From Ascoidea asiatica JCM 7603 (Eukaryota > Fungi > Ascomycota), in contig BCKQ01000001.1 of the NCBI GenBank assembly GCA_001600695.1, positions 1,676,005 through 1,740,004 on the forward strand: 64,000 nucleotides of DNA, given 5' to 3'. Both the position numbers and the translations under genes were made by a program. The notes beneath the pieces were generated by a model, which worked only from the letters and a program-made list of their open reading frames with translations, did no database searches and was not told the DNA's origin. Each line of letters starts with the position of its first letter. Position 1 is the first letter of the stretch. Of this stretch, positions 9,997 through 22,071 are shown in pieces.

Positions 9997-11145
9997 ATGG
10001 AAAATTTAAATGATATAAATGATATAAAATTTGAAATAACTGCTTTAGGTTCAAGTGGTGGTCCAATTGAACATGATTGTTGTTCATATTTAATTAAACC
10101 TTCAAATATTTCATATACTAAAATTTTATCTAAAAATTTAATTAATCAATTTTTTTGTATTGATGCAGGTTCTGGATTTTCAAGTTTAATTAAAATTATT
10201 AATAATGAAAATAATAATGAAAATAATTTTAATAATAATATTATTAATAATTTTACAAATTGTAAATTATCTTCTTTAAATTTAAATTCTTCAAAACTTA
10301 ATTTAACTTCACATCAAATTTCTTTAAATTTATTTAATTTAATTGAGAATTATTTCATCTCTCATCCTCATCTTGATCATATTTTAGCTTTAGTTATAAA
10401 TTCTGCTGGTTTTAAACAAAATTTAAATAATAATTTTTTAATTAAAAAAATTTATGGTTCAGAATTTACAATTGATGCTCTTAAAAATCATATATTTAAT
10501 GGTATAATTTGGCCAGATTTAGATAACAATGGTAATATTTTAAAATTTATAAAATTTGATGATATAAATAATTCTAAAATTTCAATAAATAAAAATTTTA
10601 ATATTAAACCATTTATTTTAAATCATGGTTTTATTTCTGATAATTCAAAAAATAATTTTAAAAAAATTTATAAAAGTAATTGTTTTTTTATTGAAAATAA
10701 TTTAAATTTAAAAAATTTATTAATTTTTGGTGATTTAGAACCTGATTTAATAAATTTAAATAAAATTTGGGATTATGCTTCAATTTTAATATTTAATAAT
10801 AAATTATCTGCAATAATTATTGAATGTTCAACTGAAAATAAACCTGAAAATATACCTTTATATGGTCATATGACTCCATCTATTTTATTCAATCAATTTT
10901 TATATTTAAATCAAAAAATTGATAATTTATATAAACTTAATAACCAAAATAATAACCATGATGATAATGATAATAAAATTTCTCATATAAAAGGGTTGAA
11001 AATTTTAATTACTCATATTAAAGAATCAATTTCTGATAATGATCCAAAATCTAAAATTTATAATCAATTACAAGAATTAAACTCAAAATATAATCTACAA
11101 TTATCATTTTCAATTGTTTTACCTGGTTTAACTTATCTATTGTAA
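9997..11145 (+). CDS. PDE1: Low-affinity cAMP phosphodiesterase, class II
   Basis: LGSSGGP, DAGSG, ISHPHLDH metallo-beta-lactamase motif, FNGIIWP, YGHMTP, THIK. Confidence 0.92.
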   Translation: MENLNDINDIKFEITALGSSGGPIEHDCCSYLIKPSNISYTKILSKNLINQFFCIDAGSGFSSLIKIINNENNNENNFNNNIINNFTNCKLSSLNLNSSKLNLTSHQISLNLFNLIENYFISHPHLDHILALVINSAGFKQNLNNNFLIKKIYGSEFTIDALKNHIFNGIIWPDLDNNGNILKFIKFDDINNSKISINKNFNIKPFILNHGFISDNSKNNFKKIYKSNCFFIENNLNLKNLLIFGDLEPDLINLNKIWDYASILIFNNKLSAIIIECSTENKPENIPLYGHMTPSILFNQFLYLNQKIDNLYKLNNQNNNHDDNDNKISHIKGLKILITHIKESISDNDPKSKIYNQLQELNSKYNLQLSFSIVLPGLTYLL

Positions 11146-11379
11146 TTCTTATTATCTTTCCCTCCTCTCCTTTTTTTTTTCTCTCTTTCTTTCTTTCTAT
11201 CATATTGTATTTCTTAGCATATATCATATATCAAATATAATATAGTTATTTATATATACTCAAAAGATTTATTTCTTTTCATAATTATTCTTATTTCTTA
11301 TATTATTAGTTAAATTTTCATTTTTATTCTCATTTTATATATTTTATATATTTTATTATTTCTAATATTTTTATTTTCT

Positions 11380-13329
11380 TCATGATTTTAACATTAAATA
11401 TCTCATTTTCAAAACTTCTTTTTCTTCTTCTTTTATTTTTTTTATAGTATCATAGGTATATGAAATAATTTTTTGCTCTTTAAATAAATTTTTGGAAATT
11501 TCAATTTTTTCTTCAATTTTAAATTTATCAATTTTAAAATTTAAAATTTTAATCTCTTTATTACATTCTTTTGAAATTTTTTGTAAATCATTAATAACTT
11601 TAGTTAAATTATTTGAATTGATAAAATTTATATTATTATTATTATTATTAAATTGAATTCTTTTATCTTTATTAATATTATTTGAAATTAATTCATTTTC
11701 AATTTCATTTTCAATTTCATTTTCAATTATTGATTTAATTTCATTATCTAAATCTTCTAATATTAAAGATTTATCTTTTTTAATTTCAATATTTGATTTA
11801 TTTTTAAATTGATCAGATTTAATTAATTTAATTAATTCCAAATCAATTTCTTTTTCAATTTTTTTAAATAAATTATCTGAAGTAATATTTGGTAAAAAAG
11901 ATGGTAATTTTTTTATTAAATTATCATTTGAAATTTCTTTTGATAATAATGGAATTGGTAAATTTTTTTGAATAGAATATGACTTTTTAAGTAATGATTT
12001 TTTATAATTTTTTTTTTCATTTTCATTTTTAATTCTTTCAATTTCTCCAAAATCTTTAATTCCAATTGATAAATTTGAATTTATATTATTATTTACTTTT
12101 AATTTATTTTTTATTAAAATTTCTTCTTTCTCATCTTCTTCGTCTTCATCACTTTCTTTAGATAATATGAGTTTATAAATGTTTTTAGGGTTTGGTAATT
12201 GAGATAATTTATGATTTATTAAATTTTCTTTCATTTTTACAATATTTTTTAATTTTTTATCTTTTTTATTAAAATTTATCATTTTAGTATCTATAATTGA
12301 AATTTTATTTAAATTAATATTTTCAATAGGATTTGATAATTCTAATTTTTTTCTTTTTGAAATTAAATTTTCTTCAATTTTTAATTCTTCTAAAGCTTGT
12401 ATTGATAAATTAAGAGATCTTTTATTATTATTATTATTATTATTATTTAAAATTTCATTATTTTTTCTTTTTTTATTTTTTTCTCTAATTTTTTTATAAT
12501 TTTCATTTTCATTATCAAAAAGTTTATTTACTTTAATTATTTGATCATTAATATTTTTAGATTGATTTTGATTTTTAATTTTTTCAAATTTTATATCATA
12601 ATTACCAATTAATGGAGGTAAATAAAATGGTATATCATTATTATAATTCATTAAATTATTTTTTTTTATTTTTTTTAATTTATTTTTTGAAATTAATTGA
12701 TTTATAGTATTAAAACCAGAATTTTTTAATTCTCTTCTTTTTTGTAATAATGAAACTCTTTTACTTTCTTCTAATAATCTTTCTCTTGCTTTTCTTTTAG
12801 CTTTTTTACCTTTTGTATTAACTAAACGAGCTTTAGCTTCAGATAACATTTCTTTTTCATCATCATCCATATCTATAGAATCTGGTCTTGCAGGTCTACT
12901 TTCATGATTAACAAAATTATATTTATTATTTGAAATATTTTCAAGATTTAATGAAGATTGAGATTGAGATTGAGATTGAGATTGAGATTGAGATTGAGAT
13001 TGAGATTGATTTTGATTTAATAAAAATTGATATCTTTCAATTGATTGAGTTGCAGTTCTTTTAATTAAATTTGATATTGTTTTCCATTGATTTGGAAAAG
13101 CTTTTGAAAATTTTAATAAATTTTGATCATCAATTAAATTCCAATCTAATTTATTAATATTTGGATCTAACCATTCATTCCATCTTGATTTACATTGTTT
13201 TGAAGTTTTTCTTGATAATAATGAACTACATCTTGACCATTGATTTAAACCATATTTTGAAATTGCAGCTTTTAAAACTTCATCTTCAACATTTGTCCAA
13301 ACTGAAGTTCCAGGATAATATGGCGCCAT
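11380..13329 (-). CDS. CEF1: Pre-mRNA splicing factor Cef1/Cdc5 (Myb repeats)
   Basis: WTNVEDEVLKAAISKYGLNQWSR, RPARPDSIDMDDDEKEMLSEAKARL..KGKKAKRKARE; internal (QS)n repeat. Confidence 0.95.
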   Translation of the reverse strand: MAPYYPGTSVWTNVEDEVLKAAISKYGLNQWSRCSSLLSRKTSKQCKSRWNEWLDPNINKLDWNLIDDQNLLKFSKAFPNQWKTISNLIKRTATQSIERYQFLLNQNQSQSQSQSQSQSQSQSQSSLNLENISNNKYNFVNHESRPARPDSIDMDDDEKEMLSEAKARLVNTKGKKAKRKARERLLEESKRVSLLQKRRELKNSGFNTINQLISKNKLKKIKKNNLMNYNNDIPFYLPPLIGNYDIKFEKIKNQNQSKNINDQIIKVNKLFDNENENYKKIREKNKKRKNNEILNNNNNNNNKRSLNLSIQALEELKIEENLISKRKKLELSNPIENINLNKISIIDTKMINFNKKDKKLKNIVKMKENLINHKLSQLPNPKNIYKLILSKESDEDEEDEKEEILIKNKLKVNNNINSNLSIGIKDFGEIERIKNENEKKNYKKSLLKKSYSIQKNLPIPLLSKEISNDNLIKKLPSFLPNITSDNLFKKIEKEIDLELIKLIKSDQFKNKSNIEIKKDKSLILEDLDNEIKSIIENEIENEIENELISNNINKDKRIQFNNNNNNINFINSNNLTKVINDLQKISKECNKEIKILNFKIDKFKIEEKIEISKNLFKEQKIISYTYDTIKKIKEEEKEVLKMRYLMLKS

Positions 13330-13716
13330 GATGAAATCAATATTATTATATTATATTATATTATTATATTATATTATATCTATTTTTTTAAATACAGTTG
13401 TAGATTTTAAAAGTAAATCCGGTGTTGATGTAAGCGCGGATATTTATATTATATCTGTGTAAGTAAGTAAGTAAGTAAATAGTGTATGAATCTGAAGAGG
13501 TCTTTTTGCCACTGTCAAAGAGAAGAAAGAGAAAGAGAAAGAGAAGAAAGAGAAAGAGTAGCACCTTCAGTATTATCTCTACTTAGCCATCTGACCACCA
13601 CCACCACTGCCACCACCACTGCCACTCCTCTCGTGTTGTGTTCCTTGTTCCTTGTTCCTTGTTGTTTATTTCTTTGTTTATTTCTTTTTGTGTTGTTTGT
13701 GTTGTTTGTGTTCTGC

Positions 13717-13746
13717 TTACGTAACAGCCCCTGCCCGCTTACGTAA
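13717..13746. promoter_or_regulatory. Two TTACGTAA bZIP-type palindromes, 22 bp apart
   Basis: GCTTACGTAAC occurs twice (core at 13717-13724 and 13739-13746) in the divergent CEF1/PNGase-like promoter. Confidence 0.45.
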
Positions 13747-14154
13747 CGCTGCTTCGGGTCTCCGAGGTGGCTGAAATCGGTCTTCCAGCACTTCTCCAGC
13801 ACTTTTTTAATCTTTTAATTCTTTTTAATCTTTTTATTCTGTTTATTCTTAAAAACTCTAAAAACTAAAACAACTTTAAACTTATTTTATCTCTAGCTTT
13901 AAGAATTATTATTTATCAATTATCACCATTATCGAATACTTAATAAATTTCAATGAATAATTTCTTTTATCTTCACATTCATTCATTCATTCATTCATTC
14001 GCCTAGCCGAATGGATGAAATTTAATTTATTACTTTAAAATTTAAATTATTCAATATTTATATAAATATCTGAAATTTCTCTTTAATTTTTAATATTCCA
14101 ATTCATAATCCTGATTATCTATGAAAATATTCAAAATAATTAAATCAATCAAAA

Positions 14155-16314
14155 ATGGATATGAAAATTTATTATGATGATTCAATTAAATCAAAATTAA
14201 AATTAAATTCAAATTCAAATTCAGATTTAGAAAATGGTAATAATAAATTTAAATTTCAAAAAAAAAATTTAATTTTAAAATATTTTAAAATTTTAATTTT
14301 ATTAATTTTTACTATTTTTACTTATTTTTTATTATTCAATACTCAAAATATAATCAATTTATTAAATTTAATCACAAATTCAAATTCAAATTCAATCTCA
14401 AATTATAATTTAAATTCTAATAAATTTATTGAAAATTCAATTGAAATTAATAAAAAAAATTCAAAATTTATACCATCTTCAATTGTATTTGAACTTGATT
14501 TTCCAATTTTAATTCCAGAAAATTCTTATAAATTTAATCAATTATTAATTAATGATACTTTAAATTCTTCATCTTCAAATTCAAATTCATATTCAAAATT
14601 ATCAAAAATTTATAAATTTCCAAATAATTTTAATGAATTTAATAATTTTAATTATTCTGGAGTTATTTTAAATTTAAATTTTTCTTCAATTATAAATATT
14701 CCTCAAGATCCATTAATTTTTGATATTTATTTTGATAATATTATAATTTGGAGAACTTCAACTCCAATTTCAAATAATATTTTTTTACCTTTAACAAATT
14801 CTTCAACTTTTAAAAATTTAACTGATTATTTATCTTTATTTAAAAATAAAAAATCTTTAAATATTTCAATTGTTTTAATTAATGGTATAATTAATAATGA
14901 TCTTAATATCTCTTTAGATTTCACTTTATATTCTAATCCATTACAATTCACTCCTTTATCTCCTTTATCATCATCATTATCTTTATCTAATAAACCATAT
15001 AAATATTTTTCATTTTCAAATATTACAAAAATTAATATTTCTGAAATTTTTGATTTTTCAAAACCTGCTGATAAAATTATTTCTCTTTCAAATTTTGGTA
15101 ATAATTTTAATTTACCAAATCAAAATTATTCAATAAATATTAATAAATTATCTTTAAATACAACAAAAATTAAAATTCAATTATTTGCAACTGCTTTAGA
15201 TAATGAATTAATTTATTATAAAAATTCATTATCAAAATTTCAAAATAATTATTCAATTAATGGTCCTTTAAGAATTATTAATCTTTATATTAATAATATT
15301 TTTATACAAAGTATATCTCCATTACCTTCTTCTTTATTACCAAATTCAATTTCAAATTATATTAATAAATCTAATGCTTTTCAACCTTTAGCTGGTATTG
15401 GAACTTTTAATTCAATTTCTTATTCTTTTGATTTATCTACTTTTTTACCTTTATTTTGGAAAAATGATAAAATTAAAATTGATTTTGAAATTTTAAGTCC
15501 ATTAAATTTTATAAATAATTTTAATGATCCAAATTTAAATTTTAAAAAACCATTATTACCTCCTGGAAATTCAAATGATTTTAAAATTAATAATGGTAAT
15601 TGGTTATTAAATTCAAATTTATTAATTTGGGAATCAAATAAAATTTTAAATTCAATTGGTAATTTAAATTATTTAAATTCTTCTATAATCTCAAAAGGTT
15701 TAATAATACCAAGTGGTGGTGAAAATCAATTAAGTAATTGTAAAATTTCTTCAAATTTTTCTTCTTTAATTAATTATACTTTAATTGATAATATTTCTCA
15801 TTCTTTATCTTATCAATTTAATACTTCAAATGATTTATTTAATATGAAAAATTCAAAATTAATGGATCAAATTAAAATTCATGTTTCTTCAAATTTAAAT
15901 AAATATTCTTTAAATATATCTGAATTTAATTTAAATTCTTTAAAAAATTCAAATATAATTTATCAAATTGAAAAAAAATCAGATTATTCTTTAAAACTTA
16001 ATGAAATTAAATCAATGCCTTTTAATCCATTTAGTAAACCATCTGTATCTTTAAAAACTGAAATTAAAGAAAAATTATCTTTAAATGGTACTAAAATTTA
16101 TAAAAATAATAAAAAAACTGAAGTTGGTTTAAAAGGAATGTTATTAACAACAAAAATTAATTTAAATTCAAAAAAAATTGGTGAAAAAAATCCAATTAAA
16201 TTAAAAGCTCAAGCAATTAATGGTACTCTTACTAAAATTTCAACTTTAGATAATGATAAAAGTTTTTTCAATAATATTGATGATTTATTCATTCTTGAAA
16301 ATTTTGATTTTTAA
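14155..16314 (+). CDS. Type II membrane protein with degenerate peptide-N-glycosidase A (PNGase A)-like domain
   Basis: N-terminal TM. IYFDNIIIWRTSTP, GPLRIINLYIN..ISPLP and FQPLAGIGTFNSISYSFDLSTFLPL resemble PNGase A blocks WRTSTAEP, GPFREVQLYIDG..PFP and WRPIVGIDAF..DITPWLPL. Confidence 0.7.
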   Translation: MDMKIYYDDSIKSKLKLNSNSNSDLENGNNKFKFQKKNLILKYFKILILLIFTIFTYFLLFNTQNIINLLNLITNSNSNSISNYNLNSNKFIENSIEINKKNSKFIPSSIVFELDFPILIPENSYKFNQLLINDTLNSSSSNSNSYSKLSKIYKFPNNFNEFNNFNYSGVILNLNFSSIINIPQDPLIFDIYFDNIIIWRTSTPISNNIFLPLTNSSTFKNLTDYLSLFKNKKSLNISIVLINGIINNDLNISLDFTLYSNPLQFTPLSPLSSSLSLSNKPYKYFSFSNITKINISEIFDFSKPADKIISLSNFGNNFNLPNQNYSININKLSLNTTKIKIQLFATALDNELIYYKNSLSKFQNNYSINGPLRIINLYINNIFIQSISPLPSSLLPNSISNYINKSNAFQPLAGIGTFNSISYSFDLSTFLPLFWKNDKIKIDFEILSPLNFINNFNDPNLNFKKPLLPPGNSNDFKINNGNWLLNSNLLIWESNKILNSIGNLNYLNSSIISKGLIIPSGGENQLSNCKISSNFSSLINYTLIDNISHSLSYQFNTSNDLFNMKNSKLMDQIKIHVSSNLNKYSLNISEFNLNSLKNSNIIYQIEKKSDYSLKLNEIKSMPFNPFSKPSVSLKTEIKEKLSLNGTKIYKNNKKTEVGLKGMLLTTKINLNSKKIGEKNPIKLKAQAINGTLTKISTLDNDKSFFNNIDDLFILENFDF

Positions 16315-16365
16315 ATAACTTACCTTTTAAAAAAAATTTTATCTCTCTATTTCTCAATTTGTTTT

Positions 16366-16425
16366 CAAATACTTCTCAAATACTTCTCAAATACTTTTTA
16401 AATACTTTTCAAATACTTTTCAAAT
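16366..16425. repeat. Imperfect 11-bp tandem repeat (CAAATACTTYT), about 5 copies, followed by a poly-T tract of about 30 nt at 16440-16469
   Basis: Directly visible. Confidence 0.8.
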
Positions 16426-16435
16426 TTACGGATCT

Positions 16436-16469
<34 letters not shown>

Positions 16470-17038
16470 CTCAATAATTTTTTTATATTAAACTATGAAT
16501 ATATATTTTTTTAAAATGAATAACTTCAATTATAAAAGTATCATATAGAAATGCAGACCTAATGTTTTTTGAGATAACAAACTTAATTTTTAATATTAAT
16601 GCTTTTAAATAATTTTAGATTAATTACCGAGAAACACTAAAAAAATACCCGTTTATTAAGAATATCAATACTAAATAAATTATTTGTATAAGTTTGTTAA
16701 ATGAATAAATAAAGTCTATTAAAAATTATTCTTGAAAACTTTCATTTTCTCAAATACATCATTTATTAAAATTAACAATCAGTTCAGTTAAAAGTAAAAA
16801 AAAAAATATTTTATATTTCAAATGATTGATAATTCAACTTTGAAAATTTCCGATTATTGTTTTTCCAGGTCTAATAAAATGGTCTCTTAGGCTATCGGAT
16901 ATATCAAAACATTGCAAATTCGAACAAAATTGTTTTCTTTAATATGTTTTTATTTTAAATCTTTCTTAAATTACAACAATTAATAATTTTTTGATTTAAG
17001 CAAAATTCATTCCATAATTCTTACAATTGCATTAATTA

Positions 17039-19947
17039 ATGGCTAATCTAATCTCCAATTTTAATTCAATCATTGATAAAAGGTTTCATAAAAATATAGA
17101 CCCAGGTTTTGAAGAATTTAAAAAATCATTTTCTGCAAAAGAAAAATTACAATTATCGAAAGAATCTGGAAAATTTTTAAAAGAATGTGTAACTGGAACT
17201 TATAATCCAATTGGTGATTTCAATGGACTTTTATTTAACCAAACTTCATTTTTTATTTATTTTTTAGATTTATCTGAAATTCAATTACTTTCAACTTCAA
17301 ATTCAAGTATTTATTCAAAAAAGGTTAGAAAAAAATTAGCGCCAATAAAAATTTTGAAAAAATTATGTTTACCTATGAATTTAAAAATAATAGAATTAAA
17401 AATCAATGAAAAGGATTATAAATTAAAATATTTCCAAAAATTAAAAAATTGTTTTAAAGAACATATAATCATAACAAATGATACCAAAAAATTCATCAAA
17501 AGCTGTTTAGATAATGATAAAACTTGTACAAGAAAACTGAATTATAATTTGGATATTCAATGCAATAATTCATTGTTGTTTGATGAATATTTTCTTACAT
17601 TAGATCATATTTCATTGATTAATGAAACTACGAAATATAATACTAAAAAGCAAATTGAAAAACTTATTGAAAATATGCCAAAGCCAACTACTGTTAATTT
17701 TTCAAGTCCTTCAACATTTGATGAAGATCTGTACTTTCCTAATGGTAATTATTTGAATAATTTAATGATATTTCCTACTAAAGATTCATCAAATATTATT
17801 AAATTCAATCATATACCTAAAGTTCATCCCGAAAAATTATCTAATTATAAAATTCAAGATTTACAACATATCTCTTCATTTAATCAACTAGAAAAAAAGC
17901 TTAGTAGTAAAATAATAAACCTAGAAACTTATTTTATAGATTATCAGTTTAATTATAAAGAAAATCAATTAATGACTTCAGCTCAAATGAAAAATTATTT
18001 ACAAAAATCTTCAGTATTCAGTGAGGTTCTTAATGACAAATCTTTTATATATAACCTAAAATTACCTCAACTTCAAAATAAATTTTTAAACGCCTATGAT
18101 TTAATGAATAAAACGTCAATGAATTTTTTCAAACAAAATAACTTAAGAAATAGATTTTCGCTATTACCTAAAACTTATAAAATTGAAGAAAATCTTTTAT
18201 TTAGATTATCATGGGTTCCTTTTAAAATTCCATCTTCTTTCAGGCGTTACATGAAAGCTGATTCTACTATTCTGACATCCATTCATTCTGATTATAAAGA
18301 GCTTTTGATATATCAAGATTTAAAAATAAAACCTAAAACATTAATTACAGCTTTGGATTTAGAAAATTGGATAGGTGAAGAAGAAAAAAATAAATCAATC
18401 AGTAATAATCAAGATATAGTTGAAGAAAGTGACCATCTTATTAATGTTGAAAAGCTTCCAATTATTCACTTACCACAGAAGGACAATTTTAACCATGAAT
18501 CTCCTCTGATAACTATAGATTTGAAAGATTCTTCGAATCAATCCGCTAAGATTGATGATAAAAATTTGATACCAAAATGTCAAAAAATGATCAATATTGA
18601 TACAAAATCTCAAGCACAATTAAGTTTTCAAATTGAAGAATTATCAACTGGTGAGATAATTAATCAATCTACTTCCAACTATATTGGAAATACAGTAGAT
18701 GACGCTTTGATTTTGGAGAATACCTCAAATTTATTAGAATTTCAATCAATCGAGAATAATAAAAATAACCCTAAAACATCATTGAATCCTTCTTTCATAT
18801 CAAATTCCCTTTCTTCTCAAAGTCAAACTCAAAAAAGAACTAATGAGTTTATTGAAACAGAATATCAAGATAATGACTTGGAACTAGAAACTTTAGTAAA
18901 TATTAAAAGACAAAGAAAAAAAAAAAGTGAAAAATCTTTAGAAATCTCAAAGAGTATTGAAAATCATTCATCTATTTTTGAGTTTTTGAAATTTTCTTTA
19001 GGATCTCTAGATGTTGAAAATGCTTCTCAAAATGATTTAAATAACTTTGATAGTAACCAAAATACCAATTTACTTAATCAAGAAGTACCGAATCAAAAAT
19101 TTCCTACATTTGATAAATATGATGATGAAATTGACTATAAAAAACTAATAATATTGAACTTTTCTCATATAACAAAAAATATGAAAATCTTAAGATATTT
19201 AAGTATGCAGAAATCTTTACACATTTATGAATCTGAATTTCAAATTGAATGCTCGATTTTAGATGATATAGACCTTGTTTTATCATCTATGGAATGTTTA
19301 ATAAGAATTCCAGAAATGATGTTGAGCCAAATTAATTTAACTTCAAACGAACCAATAATTATTAAAAAATTGAATAATCTTAAAAACTATTTTAAAATTA
19401 TATATGTTATTATAGAAATTGATTCTTCCGAATCAAAAAGCGATTCCTTAGAAAATTTCGAAAAGTCGAATCCTAGTTATTCAAACTTTCAGAAAGCCAT
19501 AAGAAAAATCAATGAAAAAGAAACTTCCATTCAAGCTTTTACTATATTCAAGGATGCGAATGATATTGAATTGACAAATATGATTCTTAAAATAATTTCC
19601 AATCAGAAGTATGAAGAATGCTTACCCCATTCTTTTGAAGAAAGTAAAATTATCAAAGTTAGTAGATACTTTTTATATTCGAAATATCTTTTTTAGATAG
19701 AAAAAATTTCATACTAACTGTTTTTGAAATATCATTTCTTTTTCCGTTTTGATAGAAATCAAACTATCAAAAAATTCTTCTTCAATTAGGGATTAATCAT
19801 TTACTAATAAGAAGAATTGATTCTCAAGCACAGTTGGAAGATTTTATTTTCGCAAATCCCGAGGAAAGAATAGAAGTATTTGGTGATATATTAAGTAAAA
19901 ATATTTTAGATTGTGTAACTGAATTATCCAAATCTTTAACAAATTAA
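17039..19947 (+). CDS. Zip2/SHOC1-like meiotic ZMM protein (XPF-like plus HhH C-terminus); exons 17039-19657 and 19756-19947
   Basis: Intron GTTAGT(19658)..TACTAAC(19712)..TAG(19755) restores the frame and adds LLQLGINHLLIRRI..LEDFIFANPEERIEVFGDIL, typical of Zip2-family C-termini; IDLVLSSMECLI XPF-like motif. Confidence 0.6.
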
Positions 19948-20109
19948 ATTCATTATTAAATGTGTGAGAACTGTATTAGTTTATGTATAGATAAAAAAGT
20001 GAGGGAAAAAAGCGTAATATTATATATGTATATACATATTCATTTGAATTTGATTAAAACATTTGATAATATTTATGTTGAAATATATCATTTTAAAATG
20101 TTTATAGAA

Positions 20110-22071
20110 CTAATAAGCTCTGACTGTTGGTGGGACTGGTTTACATTCATTTTCATCTAAAGTTGTTGCAATAACAGCTCTATACTTAAGTGTAACATCA
20201 TCACCATTATCTTTTTGCCATGAAAGAGTATGTTTCATCCATTCTACATCATTTCTATCAGGATAATCTTCTCTTGCATGAGCACCTCTTGATTCTTTTC
20301 TTGCAGAAGCAGATATAGCAGTTTGCTTAGCACAAGTTAATAAATTCTGTAATTCTAAAGTTTCTACTAAATCTGAATTCCAAATCATTGACCTATCAGT
20401 AACACCAACATCAACAAAAGATTTATCGATTTCAGTAATACTTTTAACACCTTCATCTAAAGTTTTTTGAGTTCTGAATACAGAAACATCTTTTTGCATA
20501 GCTTTCTGCATTTTTAATCTTATTTCTGCAGTTGATTTTGGACCTGTTGCATTTCTTAATTTATCTAAATTTGCAATTGATTCAGCACCAAGATCAGCAG
20601 GTAAAGGTTTATGAGGTAAACCAGGTTTTAAAGTATCATTAATAGTATGAGCAACAGCTCTACCAAATACGACTAAATCTAATAAAGAATTAGCACCTAA
20701 TCTATTAGCACCATGAACGGAAACACAAGCAGATTCACCACAAGCCATTAAACCTTCAACTACAACATCTTCACCTTTTTCATTTTGAGTTATAACTTCA
20801 CCATTCCATTTTGTTGGTATACCACCCATATTATAATGAACAGTTGGTAAAACTGGAATTGGTTCTTTAGTTACATCAACACCAGCAAAAATAGCTGCAG
20901 TTTCAGAAATACCAGGCAATCTTTCTTGAAGTACAGATGGTGGTAAATGAGATAATTGTAAGAACATATGATCTTTTTCTTTACCAACACCTCTACCATC
21001 ATTAATTTCCATAGTTATAGCTCTTGAAACAACATCTCTACAAGCTAAATCTTTTGCAGTTGGAGCATATCTTTCCATAAATCTTTCACCTTCAGAATTT
21101 ACTAAGAAACCACCTTCACCTCTTGCACCTTCAGTAATAAGACAACCAGAACCATATATACCAGAAGGATGGAATTGAATGAATTCTAAATCCTGTAAAG
21201 GTAAACCAGCTCTTGAAACCATTGCAAAACCATCACCAGTACAAGTATGAGCAGAAGTACAGGAGAAATAAGCTCTACCATAACCACCAGTTGCAATAAT
21301 TGTTTTATGAGATCTAAATCTATGTAAAGTACCATCTTCTTGATTATAAGCCATAACACCAACACATTTACCATCATCCATTAAAAGATCCATTGCGAAA
21401 AATTCAATGAAAAAATGAGTATCATGTCTTAAAGCTTGACCATATAAACTATGTAAAAGGGCATGACCGGTTCTATCGGCAACAGCACAAGTTCTATAAG
21501 CTTGACCACCTTTACCATATTCTTTTGATTGACCACCAAAAGCTCTTTGATAAATTCTACCAGATTCAGTTCTTGAGAAAGGAACACCAAAATGTTCTAA
21601 TTCATAAATTGAAGCAGGAGCTTCTCTTGTCATATAATGAATAGCATCTTGGTCACCTAACCAATCTGAACCTTTTACAGTATCATACATATGCCAATGC
21701 CAATCATCTTTATGCATATTACCTAAAGCAGCATTTATACCACCTTGAGCAGCTACAGTATGAGATCTTGTTGGAAATAATTTAGATATACAAGCAGTTT
21801 TATAGCCTGCATTAGCTAAACCAAAAGCAGCTCTTAAACCTGCTCCACCAGCACCAACTACAACACAATCATATTCATGATCAATTATATGATATTTATC
21901 ACCCATTGCTTTTGCAGCATCTTTTGAATAATGACCATCATTGGCAGTTGAATCATTTTTAATAACTTGAAAAGATTTTGGAGTTGTAGAAAATAATCTT
22001 ATCGAATTACTAAAAGAATTATTAATAGAACTATTGATAGATCTAGTTAATGATTGACGCAAAGAAAGCAT
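20110..22071 (-). CDS. SDH1: Succinate dehydrogenase flavoprotein subunit
   Basis: [20 protein letters not shown] (FAD-binding His), [11 protein letters not shown]; mitochondrial presequence. Confidence 0.98.
   Translation of the reverse strand: MLSLRQSLTRSINSSINNSFSNSIRLFSTTPKSFQVIKNDSTANDGHYSKDAAKAMGDKYHIIDHEYDCVVVGAGGAGLRAAFGLANAGYKTACISKLFPTRSHTVAAQGGINAALGNMHKDDWHWHMYDTVKGSDWLGDQDAIHYMTREAPASIYELEHFGVPFSRTESGRIYQRAFGGQSKEYGKGGQAYRTCAVADRTGHALLHSLYGQALRHDTHFFIEFFAMDLLMDDGKCVGVMAYNQEDGTLHRFRSHKTIIATGGYGRAYFSCTSAHTCTGDGFAMVSRAGLPLQDLEFIQFHPSGIYGSGCLITEGARGEGGFLVNSEGERFMERYAPTAKDLACRDVVSRAITMEINDGRGVGKEKDHMFLQLSHLPPSVLQERLPGISETAAIFAGVDVTKEPIPVLPTVHYNMGGIPTKWNGEVITQNEKGEDVVVEGLMACGESACVSVHGANRLGANSLLDLVVFGRAVAHTINDTLKPGLPHKPLPADLGAESIANLDKLRNATGPKSTAEIRLKMQKAMQKDVSVFRTQKTLDEGVKSITEIDKSFVDVGVTDRSMIWNSDLVETLELQNLLTCAKQTAISASARKESRGAHAREDYPDRNDVEWMKHTLSWQKDNGDDVTLKYRAVIATTLDENECKPVPPTVRAY

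Noticed and set aside
9900-16400. Centromere-associated GC trough
   Set aside because: Similar troughs recur at about 47-51.6 and 58-64 kb, and the region is gene-dense
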